Positions 24,599-33,206 of a stretch of DNA of 64,000 bases are shown piece after piece. Within the stretch, counting starts at the first letter, position 1; the number at the start of each line of letters is the position of its first letter. The notes beneath the pieces are model-generated. The model saw only the letters and a list, made by a program, of their open reading frames with translations, searched no databases and had not been told where the DNA came from. Position numbers and translations under genes: made by a program. Origin of the DNA: a virus. The DNA is taken from positions 1 through 64,000 of IMG/VR virus record IMGVR_UViG_3300033145_001047; one strand, written 5' to 3'.

Positions 24599-27268
24599 CT
24601 ACTCGACCTCCATCACGTTCATGATCTCGTTCTCCAGTAAGTGATTGACCACGCCACAGGTCGCGTCCCATACGTCCTTGCTTCCCGTCGTCGGGTGGTC
24701 CACCTTCTTCCCCTTTATCAGTTCCAGGCCACCCATCTCTTTTTCGAGGACGTCGTTCGGATATGTCCTCACGCGGCCCTGGTATATCTGCTCCTTGTAA
24801 TTCTCGCAAGCCTCAAGTGATTCTACACTCTGACGGTCGGCTATGAAATCTTTCTTCCTCAACTCCTGGAGACTACTCGCGGACTGGAACTGGTCGTACG
24901 TCACTATCTCTATATCGAAGCCCCTCTTCCGCAGCTCCACGACCGTGTCCCGGATGTCCGCCAAGTCGATCTCCCCGTCCTCCGGCGCTTCGATGTGGTG
25001 CGCCAGGTCGATGATAATGGTCTGACTCTCGGCGTGTCCCATGCCTATCCCGGCCCGGTCCCTCTTGAGGCCCAGGTCGATGTGGATATAGTAGGACTCG
25101 TCCGGGTCGCCGACAAACCAATCGAAGAAGCGACCGTCCTCGTCCACCGGGTCCCGCATCCTGTCGACGAAGATGTCCTGCACCAGCTTCCACCGCTTGA
25201 GGTATCTCTCCAGCGCCAGGCTCGGACGGGCTCCATAATCTCGCCAGGACTTCTCCGGGTTCTTCTCGAAGTCCTTCTTGTACTTGTTCGGTATCTTGTG
25301 GTCTTTCTCCCCGTCGTTCAGGGTGAAGTAGTCGCCGCGCTCGATATCCTCGATGTCCTCGACCCTGACCTCCCATATCGCCCGGCGCTTGCAGAAGATG
25401 CTGTCGTCTGTCTCCGCTCCCTTCGCTTGCTTCTCGATGAAGTCGTCGACGTACCTGGGCTGCGATATCATGACGAGCAGTCCGTGGAAGTCGAACCGCG
25501 TCTTGATACGCCGGTCCAGGGTGTAGAACATATCGGACGCGACGTCGTGTTCTTTCGTGACAGTGTAGTACGCGGCCTCGTCCATCACCGCCGCTATGAG
25601 GTTATATCCTAGCGGGAAGTTCGAGCCAGAGTGTCCGGGTATCATGCAGATATGATTCTCGAATCGCAGCTCGGACTTAATGTTCGGGTCAGGCTTGTGG
25701 TCCTGAAACCACGGACTGTTGTTAATCCTCGACTGGGTTCCACCGAAGACGACCTTCTTCGCCTGTATCGCGTTCACGCTCATGTTGAGTATTGCTATCA
25801 GGTCGTTCTCGTCTATATGGAAGGACTCGTGCGGGTTCTCCATACATAGGAGATGGTGGATATAGTACGCGAGGATGATCGAGGTCTTGTACGAGTTATG
25901 GGTGACCGTGAAGTCTCCGAGTAGATATAGGTGTCCCCTATCGACGTTGAATCCGTAGTACTTCCCTCTCCCCATCTCCGTGACCGAGAACCCGGTAACG
26001 AGGACGCTCTTCTTCTGTAATCTTGGTTTCGTTTTCTTCCTGGGTATGCGGACAGGAATTTCGCTGACACAACCGGAGATGCTGACCCTGTAACTTCTGA
26101 ATCTCTTCCCATTGCACGTTGTCGTCCTCTCCTTCACGTAGGCCGCGAATCCAAGGGACCGAGCAATGAAGGCAGTGTCTTCACATAGCCGTTTATTCTT
26201 GTTCGAGAACTCATAACACCCGCCAGAAAGATGTCCGTCGGTGTCAATGAGTCCAGCCAGAACATCTAGCCTCACGTTCCGAGAGTTAGTTCGATAAATC
26301 TTAGGAACGTGTTTGTTCTTGATTAGATTGTATGCTTTCAGGGCATCGAGCAGTACGTTCGACTGCCCCCTCACTCCGCTACTTAATATGTATGTCGGGC
26401 ACGTCTTGTCCTTGTTATGATCGACGTTTATGCTCAGGTCGTATTGCTCGGCAATGTCGTAGAGATATTCCTTCATCTCAGGGTCCTTTGTCGTTACCCC
26501 CATGTGGTGGGAACTTCCGTCGCCTAGCCACACACCGAGCAGATACGGCTCCATCGTCACGCTCCCTTCGTTAGGAAAGCGGACGCCTGTCCTCCAGAGC
26601 TTGTGATTGTTCTTGAAGTTCTTGCTCTTTGATAGATAGTCTTTGACCGATATATCTACAATCCCTCCAGCCTGTCCGTCTTGCTTACCGCCGTTCGGTC
26701 TGCCGGTATTGATGATCCCCTTGTTCGTCCTCTTCAAACTCAGAATATGGTCACCGTTCACGACAAACGGTTCTCCCTTGATGGGAACTATCTCATACAT
26801 GTCGTCATATCCACGAGAGAGAGACTGCACCCTCCTTGGTTCGCTGTCTGGACCCATCACCATGTCACCGACTTGAACATCTTCGACCATTTTGATTTCG
26901 CCGTCGTACATCAGAATGGGAGTCCCCTTACCGTGACACTTCCCGCTGCCGACCGCTTCGTCGAACACCGCCTTCTCGTATGGACAGTACGCGAAGGCCG
27001 ACGGGTCACTGAACAGGTCCTTGAGGTCCTGCAGCACGGCGGGTCGGATGCTCTTGGACATGTTCAGGTAATAGTCGGACAGCACGAACTCCTCGATGAT
27101 AGCCGGTGCTTCCTTATACCTGAATCCATTCTCGTCAGCTCGGCACATCGACGCGAAGATGTCCTCGACGTTGTCTCGCTCGTCTGTCTCAGGTAATGAC
27201 GGCGACAGCACTGTCTGAGACGGTGACGTCTTCGACGCTTCCCTCAGCTTCAAGTTCAACGACTGCAT
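24599..27268 (-). CDS. terL: Terminase large subunit (intein-containing)
   Basis: Walker A GSGK|S split by the intein, Walker B AVMDEA, nuclease HIDLGLKRD, YDQFQS, KVDHP-x-x-GSKDVWDA. Confidence 0.93.
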   Translation of the reverse strand: MQSLNLKLREASKTSPSQTVLSPSLPETDERDNVEDIFASMCRADENGFRYKEAPAIIEEFVLSDYYLNMSKSIRPAVLQDLKDLFSDPSAFAYCPYEKAVFDEAVGSGKCHGKGTPILMYDGEIKMVEDVQVGDMVMGPDSEPRRVQSLSRGYDDMYEIVPIKGEPFVVNGDHILSLKRTNKGIINTGRPNGGKQDGQAGGIVDISVKDYLSKSKNFKNNHKLWRTGVRFPNEGSVTMEPYLLGVWLGDGSSHHMGVTTKDPEMKEYLYDIAEQYDLSINVDHNKDKTCPTYILSSGVRGQSNVLLDALKAYNLIKNKHVPKIYRTNSRNVRLDVLAGLIDTDGHLSGGCYEFSNKNKRLCEDTAFIARSLGFAAYVKERTTTCNGKRFRSYRVSISGCVSEIPVRIPRKKTKPRLQKKSVLVTGFSVTEMGRGKYYGFNVDRGHLYLLGDFTVTHNSYKTSIILAYYIHHLLCMENPHESFHIDENDLIAILNMSVNAIQAKKVVFGGTQSRINNSPWFQDHKPDPNIKSELRFENHICMIPGHSGSNFPLGYNLIAAVMDEAAYYTVTKEHDVASDMFYTLDRRIKTRFDFHGLLVMISQPRYVDDFIEKQAKGAETDDSIFCKRRAIWEVRVEDIEDIERGDYFTLNDGEKDHKIPNKYKKDFEKNPEKSWRDYGARPSLALERYLKRWKLVQDIFVDRMRDPVDEDGRFFDWFVGDPDESYYIHIDLGLKRDRAGIGMGHAESQTIIIDLAHHIEAPEDGEIDLADIRDTVVELRKRGFDIEIVTYDQFQSASSLQELRKKDFIADRQSVESLEACENYKEQIYQGRVRTYPNDVLEKEMGGLELIKGKKVDHPTTGSKDVWDATCGVVNHLLENEIMNVMEVE
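25895..26938 (-). mobile_element. Intein (348 aa) with LAGLIDADG homing endonuclease
   Basis: Begins CHGKGTPILMYDG, block B VNGDHIL, LLGVWLGDG and LAGLIDTDG motifs, ends VTHN followed by Ser. Confidence 0.95.
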
Positions 27269-27896
27269 CCTGTATTCCCTGCTCCTGCTTCTTCTTCGCG
27301 TCGTACCATTCCAGGTATTGCCTCTTCTGTTCGGGCTCCAGGTCGTCCACCAGCTCCCGGACTATCTGTTGAGTCGTTCGCTCTGGCGCTTGTATCCCCG
27401 GCTGTCCTCCCTGCAGTATCCCGATGTATTGCTGGACAGCGGCCAGCGTCTTGAGCATGTCCATCCAGCGGTCCATCTCCTGCCCGGCTGGTCTCATGAA
27501 GGCCGGGAGCACTGCACTCGGTGCCATTTTCGTCTCGTAGTCCAGGGCACGAGCGACCCGCTGCTTCTGTATCTCGATAGCGTCGTATATGTCCTGCAGC
27601 ACATCGACCGTCGGGTTCAGGCCCTTGAGGAACACGTCCTTGATCTTTTTCTCCAGCATGAGCTTCGATGGTATGATCTTCTTCAACTTGCGGAAGGTCT
27701 CGTGGCATATGTCCTCGTTGAACTGTTGCTTCGCGTAGGCCGTACATTTCCTTAGAGCCCACCCTTCCCTGAGACACTCTACATAGAATCCAGCGTGAGG
27801 ACTCTGTCGTATCTTTTCCGGGCATAGCCTGAGAATAGATGACAGGCCCTCTAGTTCTTCCAGGTTCGACGGCTGTCCGTCTTCGTTCTCGTCCAT
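27189..27896 (-). CDS. Putative terminase small subunit
   Basis: Helical 235 aa ORF immediately upstream of and overlapping terL. Positional inference only. Confidence 0.55.
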   Translation of the reverse strand: MDENEDGQPSNLEELEGLSSILRLCPEKIRQSPHAGFYVECLREGWALRKCTAYAKQQFNEDICHETFRKLKKIIPSKLMLEKKIKDVFLKGLNPTVDVLQDIYDAIEIQKQRVARALDYETKMAPSAVLPAFMRPAGQEMDRWMDMLKTLAAVQQYIGILQGGQPGIQAPERTTQQIVRELVDDLEPEQKRQYLEWYDAKKKQEQGIQDAVVELEAEGSVEDVTVSDSAVAVIT

Positions 27897-28074
27897 GCTG
27901 TCCCTTCTCCGTCGCCCTACGTGGTCGACATAATGAAACGAGTCGCGGACTACTGCAGCAGCCTCGCAACCCTTGCGTCCTTCTCCACTTTCAGATTGTA
28001 GAGCCCTATCACTTCCCGCCCCTCGGCTTCCTCAGTTCTACGAGAAGGCTCAGGACATCCCCAACTACTGAAAT

Positions 28075-28154
28075 AGTATACGGCGCTGACAAGGGTTGTC
28101 AACTTCTCGGACCTTGTCAACTCGTTCCTAGACACTGCGGAGCCGTCGTGTCAA
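28075..28154 (-). promoter_or_regulatory. Promoter region of the packaging/head operon
   Basis: TTGACA-16 nt-TATACT (28102-28075), two further TTGACA at 28115-28120 and 28149-28154, and an inverted repeat over the -35. Confidence 0.65.
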
Positions 28155-28330
28155 TAGCTGAATCCGCCCACACACCCAGGCCGTCCACTTCCATCGGTGA
28201 CGGTGCCTCCTGTTGGTCTCCGTGTCGTTGCAGCAAGTCCAGCGGAGGCGTAGCTTACGCTTCTTCTTCGGGAGCCCCACAGCCTCGTCGTAGAGCCTCA
28301 GTATCTCGTTCCGCCGGGCTTCGTCCACGA

Positions 28331-28459
28331 TCACTCCCACCGTAGGTGTGAGAACAGCCACACTAGGATGTCGACCAGCTTCCATATGGCTAAGGGTATC
28401 GCAGCAATGCCAACCCACAGGAGGGTGCCTATCCCCCGGAACATGTCCCCGCTGACCAT
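28331..28459 (-). CDS. 42 aa membrane peptide (not in ORF track)
   Basis: Manual translation MVSGDMFRGIGTLLWVGIAAIPLAIWKLVDILVWLFSHLRWE*. Confidence 0.6.
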   Translation of the reverse strand: MVSGDMFRGIGTLLWVGIAAIPLAIWKLVDILVWLFSHLRWE

Positions 28460-28460
28460 G

Positions 28461-28691
28461 TCAGACGTTCTTCATCGTGTGCAGCTCGATATCGACCAGC
28501 TCGTTGTCCGGTCCCTCGGTCACGGATACGAACGTGAGGGGGATAGACTGGTCCGCCACGCCGCCGTTGCAGACTTTCAGCTTCGCGTCGCCGGGGAGTC
28601 CCTTGATAACACAGGTCGAGTCTACTCGGTTCCCCGTCCTGAAAAGCTGCTCTATCAGCTCCACGTCGACCTCGACCCTAATCCTTCTCAC
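28461..28691 (-). CDS. Hypothetical protein
   Basis: In-operon ORF, GTG start after a GGAGG RBS. Confidence 0.5.
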   Translation of the reverse strand: MRRIRVEVDVELIEQLFRTGNRVDSTCVIKGLPGDAKLKVCNGGVADQSIPLTFVSVTEGPDNELVDIELHTMKNV

Positions 28692-29070
28692 TGCTTTCCT
28701 CCTCCGGTTCGACCGGCATCTTGAGTCCCGCACGTTCCGCCGCCTTCTCCAGGCGGTCCTGAACGCGCATAATAATCTCGTTCATGGCCATTGGCATCCG
28801 CCCGGCCTCCAGGCATTGCATCAAGAACATGAAGTCCCGCTCGTCGAGTGTCGTCCACTTGTCAGCGACCTTGAGGTCGTTTGTCATGGACTCGCGCATA
28901 CTCTGCAGCCGACGCTGCTCACGGATAGTCAGGCCACCCGTCACCGTCTCGTACCCCTTCACCGCTTGGATGCACATGTCCCGGAACAACATCCTCGGGG
29001 TGACGCCGTCAGGTGTGTCGACCAAGCCGTCCAGGTCGATGTCCCAGTCGATGGATACTGTCTTACCCAT
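28678..29070 (-). CDS. Hypothetical protein
   Basis: 130 aa ORF overlapping its neighbours, with RBS. Confidence 0.65.
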   Translation of the reverse strand: MGKTVSIDWDIDLDGLVDTPDGVTPRMLFRDMCIQAVKGYETVTGGLTIREQRRLQSMRESMTNDLKVADKWTTLDERDFMFLMQCLEAGRMPMAMNEIIMRVQDRLEKAAERAGLKMPVEPEEESSEKD

Positions 29071-29905
29071 TCGTACTCCTCCTCGGCAGTGCTTTCATGA
29101 CCTCGACCAGCCGGTCCTTGATCTCCGGCATATCGAAGCCGTAATTACTCAGCTTGTCGACGGCCAGGATACAGTTCGATCTCCCGGCCTTTAGCTGCTT
29201 CTGAACCTCCTCGACTTCCCCGACCTTGTACTCCAGCGTCGGGTCCACCAGGGCCTTGTACATCTCCATGACCTCTATCGCCTCGACCGCGCCACGGTTC
29301 ACGACGTTCCAGGTGCCGACGTGTCCGTGCTCGGCCAGGAACTCGATGCTCCGCGCCAGGTCGTCGAGCATGGTCATGGAGTTCTTCATACTGTACAGCG
29401 TCTTCCCCTCACTCGCGTACTTGAGCAGCTTCCCGATATAGCTCCGGGCGTGGAGTCCGGGGTCTATCGGCATCCGTATCCGGAGGACACAGCACTGATA
29501 GAAGTGGGCCAGGATATACTGGGACCATATCTTCGTCCGGGAGTAGTAGCTGTCGAAGAAGTCGGGCTCGTCCGTTTCTCGATACGTCACGTCGTAGCCG
29601 CTGTACACGCATCCGCTGCCGATGTGAAACCACTGACGCTTCATCTCCTCGAACGCTGTACCGAGGACCAGGGGGAGCGTGACATTTCCCTCGAACGTCT
29701 CCTGCTTGTGGTCCTCGCACCAGTCGACGTTCGGACGCCCGGTGCGTCCCGCGCAGTTAATCACGCAATGACTCGGGAAGTGCTCCTGCATCTGGAACTT
29801 GAACGTCTCGACATCTGTGACGCGCCCGTCGAAGAACTCCGCGTTAGGGAGAGCGTTCTTGAGATACGTCCCGACATACCCCTTCCCGATTATCAAGTAC
29901 TTCAT
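29063..29905 (-). CDS. NDP-4-keto-6-deoxyglucose reductase (RmlD-like, NRS/ER-type 3,5-epimerase/4-reductase)
   Basis: IIGKGYVG Rossmann motif, NCAGRTGRPNVDWCEDH, GSGCVY, YSRTK (YxxxK), LRIRMPI, RSNCIL. Confidence 0.85.
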   Translation of the reverse strand: MKYLIIGKGYVGTYLKNALPNAEFFDGRVTDVETFKFQMQEHFPSHCVINCAGRTGRPNVDWCEDHKQETFEGNVTLPLVLGTAFEEMKRQWFHIGSGCVYSGYDVTYRETDEPDFFDSYYSRTKIWSQYILAHFYQCCVLRIRMPIDPGLHARSYIGKLLKYASEGKTLYSMKNSMTMLDDLARSIEFLAEHGHVGTWNVVNRGAVEAIEVMEMYKALVDPTLEYKVGEVEEVQKQLKAGRSNCILAVDKLSNYGFDMPEIKDRLVEVMKALPRRSTNG

Positions 29906-29917
29906 GACGCGGACCCC

Positions 29918-30319
29918 TCAGCTTGCCGGTGCCGGTTCCGTTTCTGTTTCTGCCGGAGCTGCTTCCGGTTCTCCCGGTCCCTCCTCCGGAGCTGCCGGTC
30001 CTTCTCCGCTATCTTCCGACGGCGGGACGACCGCATCTTTCTCGACTTGTTCTTCAACCTTCGGCTCCTCCCCGGCAACCGCTTCCTTCGTCTCGACGTT
30101 GTCCTCGACCGACACGTTCACGGCCTCGCGGGTTTCCAGTGTCTTGAGCAACTGCCGCCGCTTCTTCCGGCGGTCTTTCTTCCGGCCCTTCCGGCAATCC
30201 GGGCAGCGTCGCGGTTCGGCGAACGCTTTCTGGAGGAAGAACTTCTGCTCCCCCACACTGAACACGAAGTCGTTCCCACAGCCTTCACACGCCAGCTTTC
30301 GGTCCTGGAACTGGTCCAT
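29918..30319 (-). CDS. Zinc-ribbon protein (CxxC-x-F-x-F...EQ-x-F...P-x-RCxxC type)
   Basis: DRKLACEGCGNDFVFSVGEQKFF...PRRCPDCR. Start reassigned to 30319. Confidence 0.8.
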   Translation of the reverse strand: MDQFQDRKLACEGCGNDFVFSVGEQKFFLQKAFAEPRRCPDCRKGRKKDRRKKRRQLLKTLETREAVNVSVEDNVETKEAVAGEEPKVEEQVEKDAVVPPSEDSGEGPAAPEEGPGEPEAAPAETETEPAPAS

Positions 30320-30366
30320 CTCCGACCTCCTCATATAGTCTCTGAATTTCGCCACAATACCTCCGT

Positions 30367-30654
30367 CTATCTTTTGGGCCGAGGTCGGCCTTTCAGTTTC
30401 TTGTTCTTCTTGAGTATTATCATCACCGCGAAACGCTCCTGGACGCTGACGGGTTTCGAGTTCAGCATCGGCAGCTTCTCGTCCAGGCCAGCGACGGCGA
30501 CGAAGTTCCCCTGTCCGCACGGCTTCTTGTGCTCGCGGTCGAAGTATATCTTCCAGTCTATCGTCGCCTCGATGTCACAGTCGTCCGGTATCAGGTGCGC
30601 GAACTTAGGCTCCGACTTCTGTGTCTTCCGCTCTATGTTCTTCCTCTTGGCCAT
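30367..30654 (-). CDS. Hypothetical basic protein
   Basis: 95 aa ORF overlapping the rmlA 3' end. Confidence 0.55.
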   Translation of the reverse strand: MAKRKNIERKTQKSEPKFAHLIPDDCDIEATIDWKIYFDREHKKPCGQGNFVAVAGLDEKLPMLNSKPVSVQERFAVMIILKKNKKLKGRPRPKR

Positions 30655-31378
30655 GCTCTTCGTCCTCCCGTATCATTTCCTCAGCAGCGAGGAGTGTCTC
30701 GAACGTACCGCAATCCGTCCAGTGGCCGTTCATCTCAACAACTTCCGCCAGTCCTCTCTTCATGTAGTGACAGTTCACGTCCGTGATCTCTAGCTCTCCC
30801 CGTTCGCTCGGTTGCAGGTCCTTGATAATGCTGAACACTTCGGGACCGTACATATACACTCCGGTGACGATTGAGTTGCTCGGTGGCACTTCCGGCTTCT
30901 CTATGATGTTCGTCGGCCTCCCATCCTCCCCGAACTCCAGGACGCCGAACCGCTCGGGGGTATTGCTATGAATTGAAAATAGTACGGCCTTCTTCTCTTC
31001 GGTGGATATCTCGAACCGTTTCACTTCTTCCGAGAGGTCCATGTCGAACATGTTATCTCCGAGGATCACAAGCATCTTGTCGTTCCCCACGACTCCTTCT
31101 GCCATCCCCAACGCTTCAGCAATTCCGCCCGGTTTATCCTGCACTGAATACGTTACACTGATACCCCATCTACTCCCGCTTTCCAAGTAACGAATTATAG
31201 GTGGGAACGATTCACCACCAACAACTATATGAACATTTCTGACACCGGCTTGCACCATCCTTCTCAACGGATATTCTATCATCGGCAAACGACCGATTCG
31301 GAGTAAATGTTTATTTGTAAACCTGGTCAAGGGCATGAGCCTTGTGCCTTCACCACCAGCCAATATTATTCCTCGCAT
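30605..31378 (-). CDS. rmlA: Glucose-1-phosphate thymidylyltransferase
   Basis: GIILAGGEGTRLMPLT...NKHLL, QDKPGGIAEA, LGDN, EKP, SERGELEITDVN, WTDCGT. Confidence 0.92.
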   Translation of the reverse strand: MRGIILAGGEGTRLMPLTRFTNKHLLRIGRLPMIEYPLRRMVQAGVRNVHIVVGGESFPPIIRYLESGSRWGISVTYSVQDKPGGIAEALGMAEGVVGNDKMLVILGDNMFDMDLSEEVKRFEISTEEKKAVLFSIHSNTPERFGVLEFGEDGRPTNIIEKPEVPPSNSIVTGVYMYGPEVFSIIKDLQPSERGELEITDVNCHYMKRGLAEVVEMNGHWTDCGTFETLLAAEEMIREDEEHGQEEEHRAEDTEVGA

Positions 31379-31491
31379 AAACAAAGCCTCCTTTGTATTT
31401 CTATGTATTTGACATATTTTCTTTTCATGAAAATCTTAGCATCTTCATATAACCATTTCAAAATATTACCAGCTTGAATATTGCCGACATA
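31366..31491 (-). pseudogene. Remnant C-terminus of a LAGLIDADG-type homing endonuclease
   Basis: AT-rich, start-less frame YVGNIQAGNILKWLYEDAKIFMKRKY, resembling the WLY...L-x-RK end of phage LAGLIDADG endonucleases. Confidence 0.5.
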
Positions 31492-31606
31492 TCATGACGA
31501 AGGGGGCCAAGTTCGGAGCTAATGTGGGGACGGACGGTGGTGCTGTATGCACTCGTGTCACGCGCTCCCGTTCTGCTCGTTGCTAACCTGACCCCCATGA
31601 CGTCAA

Positions 31607-32596
31607 TCATCTCAGCCACCACTCACTCTCCACGTACCACATGATCGTCTTCGCCAGCTCGGTGTCGACCTCTCGCTTCGGCTCCCATCCCAGGTCGAGC
31701 AGCTTCCGGCAGTTTATGTCGTACCGCCGGTCGTGGACGGGCCGTATTTTCGAGTCGTCGATGAACTCTATCCTGTCGGTCGGTCGCCCGGTCATGACCA
31801 GGACCTTCTCCGCCAGCTCCAGGTTCGTCAGCTCTTGACGCGCCCCGATGTTGTAGGTCCCCGGCTCCGCCCTGTCCACGAGGAACTTGATAGCCTCGCA
31901 GTGGTCGAAGACGTGCAGCCACATCCGCGTGTGCTGTCCGTCGCCGTAGACCGGCAGCTTCTCGTCGTCGAGGGCCTTCCGGATGAACGTCGGGAGGACC
32001 TTCTGCTTATGCTGCCAGGGGCCGTAGTTGTTCTCGCACCTGGTGATGATTGCCGGGAAGCCGAAGGCATTCGACCAGCCCGTCACGAGCTGTTCCGCCG
32101 CCGCCTTCGTCGCGCTGTACGGGTTCGTAGGATTCAACAGGCACTCCTCGGTGTACCCGTCTACGAAGCGCCTGAACCTTTCCCCTTGCGGTGCTATGGG
32201 ACCATAGACCTCGTCGGTCGAGACATACACGAACACCTTCGGAGGGAAGGCCCGGCACTGCTCCAGGAGGTTCGCCGTCCCCACTATGTTGTTCTGAACG
32301 TGGGACATAGGGCTCCGGAACGAGTGGTCGACGAACGTCTTCGCCGCGAAGTGGACCACCTGGGTCACGCCCTCCAGCAGCTCGGAGATATCGCCGGTCA
32401 GGTCCGCGTCGACGATTCGCAGCCGCGACGGACTGCAGTGGTGTCCCTTCACGAGCCGCTGCAGCCGCATAGCTTCCTTGAAGTCTTCCTTGTTGTCGAA
32501 CGCGACGATAGAGGCGTCTGTCTCCGAGAGCATGATGTCACAGAAGTGGGAGCCAATGAACCCCGACGCGCCGGTTACCAGGATGGTCTCGCTCAT
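31607..32596 (-). CDS. rmlB: dTDP-glucose 4,6-dehydratase
   Basis: VTGASGFIGS, HFAAKTFVD, STDEVYG, PYSATKA, NNYGPWQ, VYGDG, RPVHDRRY. Confidence 0.93.
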   Translation of the reverse strand: MSETILVTGASGFIGSHFCDIMLSETDASIVAFDNKEDFKEAMRLQRLVKGHHCSPSRLRIVDADLTGDISELLEGVTQVVHFAAKTFVDHSFRSPMSHVQNNIVGTANLLEQCRAFPPKVFVYVSTDEVYGPIAPQGERFRRFVDGYTEECLLNPTNPYSATKAAAEQLVTGWSNAFGFPAIITRCENNYGPWQHKQKVLPTFIRKALDDEKLPVYGDGQHTRMWLHVFDHCEAIKFLVDRAEPGTYNIGARQELTNLELAEKVLVMTGRPTDRIEFIDDSKIRPVHDRRYDINCRKLLDLGWEPKREVDTELAKTIMWYVESEWWLR

Positions 32597-32889
32597 GACG
32601 CCTTCCCCTTGAAGAGTTCCGGCGTCCTCACCTGAACATGTACTGGATTACCGTGGCGAATCACGGACCCGAGCCAGCGGTCGCGTTCATCACGATGGTA
32701 CTCGATGTTGTTGAGAAGACATATCACGTGCAGCGGACGTATTTCGTCGTCTTCGACCGTCTCGACCAGTAGCAGTATCGTGTCACCGTCTTCGACCATC
32801 CGGAACTCTACCGGCATTCCTTTCACGTGGAACGTCCGGGCCATTGTGCCGCCGACGACCGGGCTGATATCGTAGCTGAATATCTTCAC
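32593..32889 (-). CDS. Hypothetical protein
   Basis: 98 aa coupled ORF, weakly similar to the upstream neighbour (x-LG-S/T-x-x-x-x-G-x-x-x-H). Confidence 0.6.
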   Translation of the reverse strand: MKIFSYDISPVVGGTMARTFHVKGMPVEFRMVEDGDTILLLVETVEDDEIRPLHVICLLNNIEYHRDERDRWLGSVIRHGNPVHVQVRTPELFKGKAS

Positions 32890-33206
32890 TTGTTCACCTT
32901 CACGAACAGGTGGATGTCGTAGCCGCCTTCGTCCACGAACGTCCCGAGGTACTCGCCCTTCTCTTCCATGTCGAAGTTGAAGCCGTCACCGAGGCACGTG
33001 AACTCGATGGTGTAGTTTTCATAGTCTTCCGGGTTCCGCAACACGATAACCGTCACCATTCCGTTCTCGTTCTGCACGACCTTGAGCACTCGCACGAAAC
33101 CGAAGACATGCTGCCAGGCGTTCGCGCCGAACCCGATAGTGAACGCGGGGGTGCTCTCAATCCTTGACTGCATCATGCCCCTCCTGTGTCGTTCTCTTCG
33201 AGCCAC
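32886..33206 (-). CDS. Hypothetical protein
   Basis: 106 aa coupled ORF ending YLGTF...HLF. Confidence 0.6.
   Translation of the reverse strand: MARRERHRRGMMQSRIESTPAFTIGFGANAWQHVFGFVRVLKVVQNENGMVTVIVLRNPEDYENYTIEFTCLGDGFNFDMEEKGEYLGTFVDEGGYDIHLFVKVNK

Noticed and set aside
27950-28135. 61 aa ORF upstream of terS
   Set aside because: It overlaps the promoter boxes and leader and has no clear RBS, so it is likely spurious.
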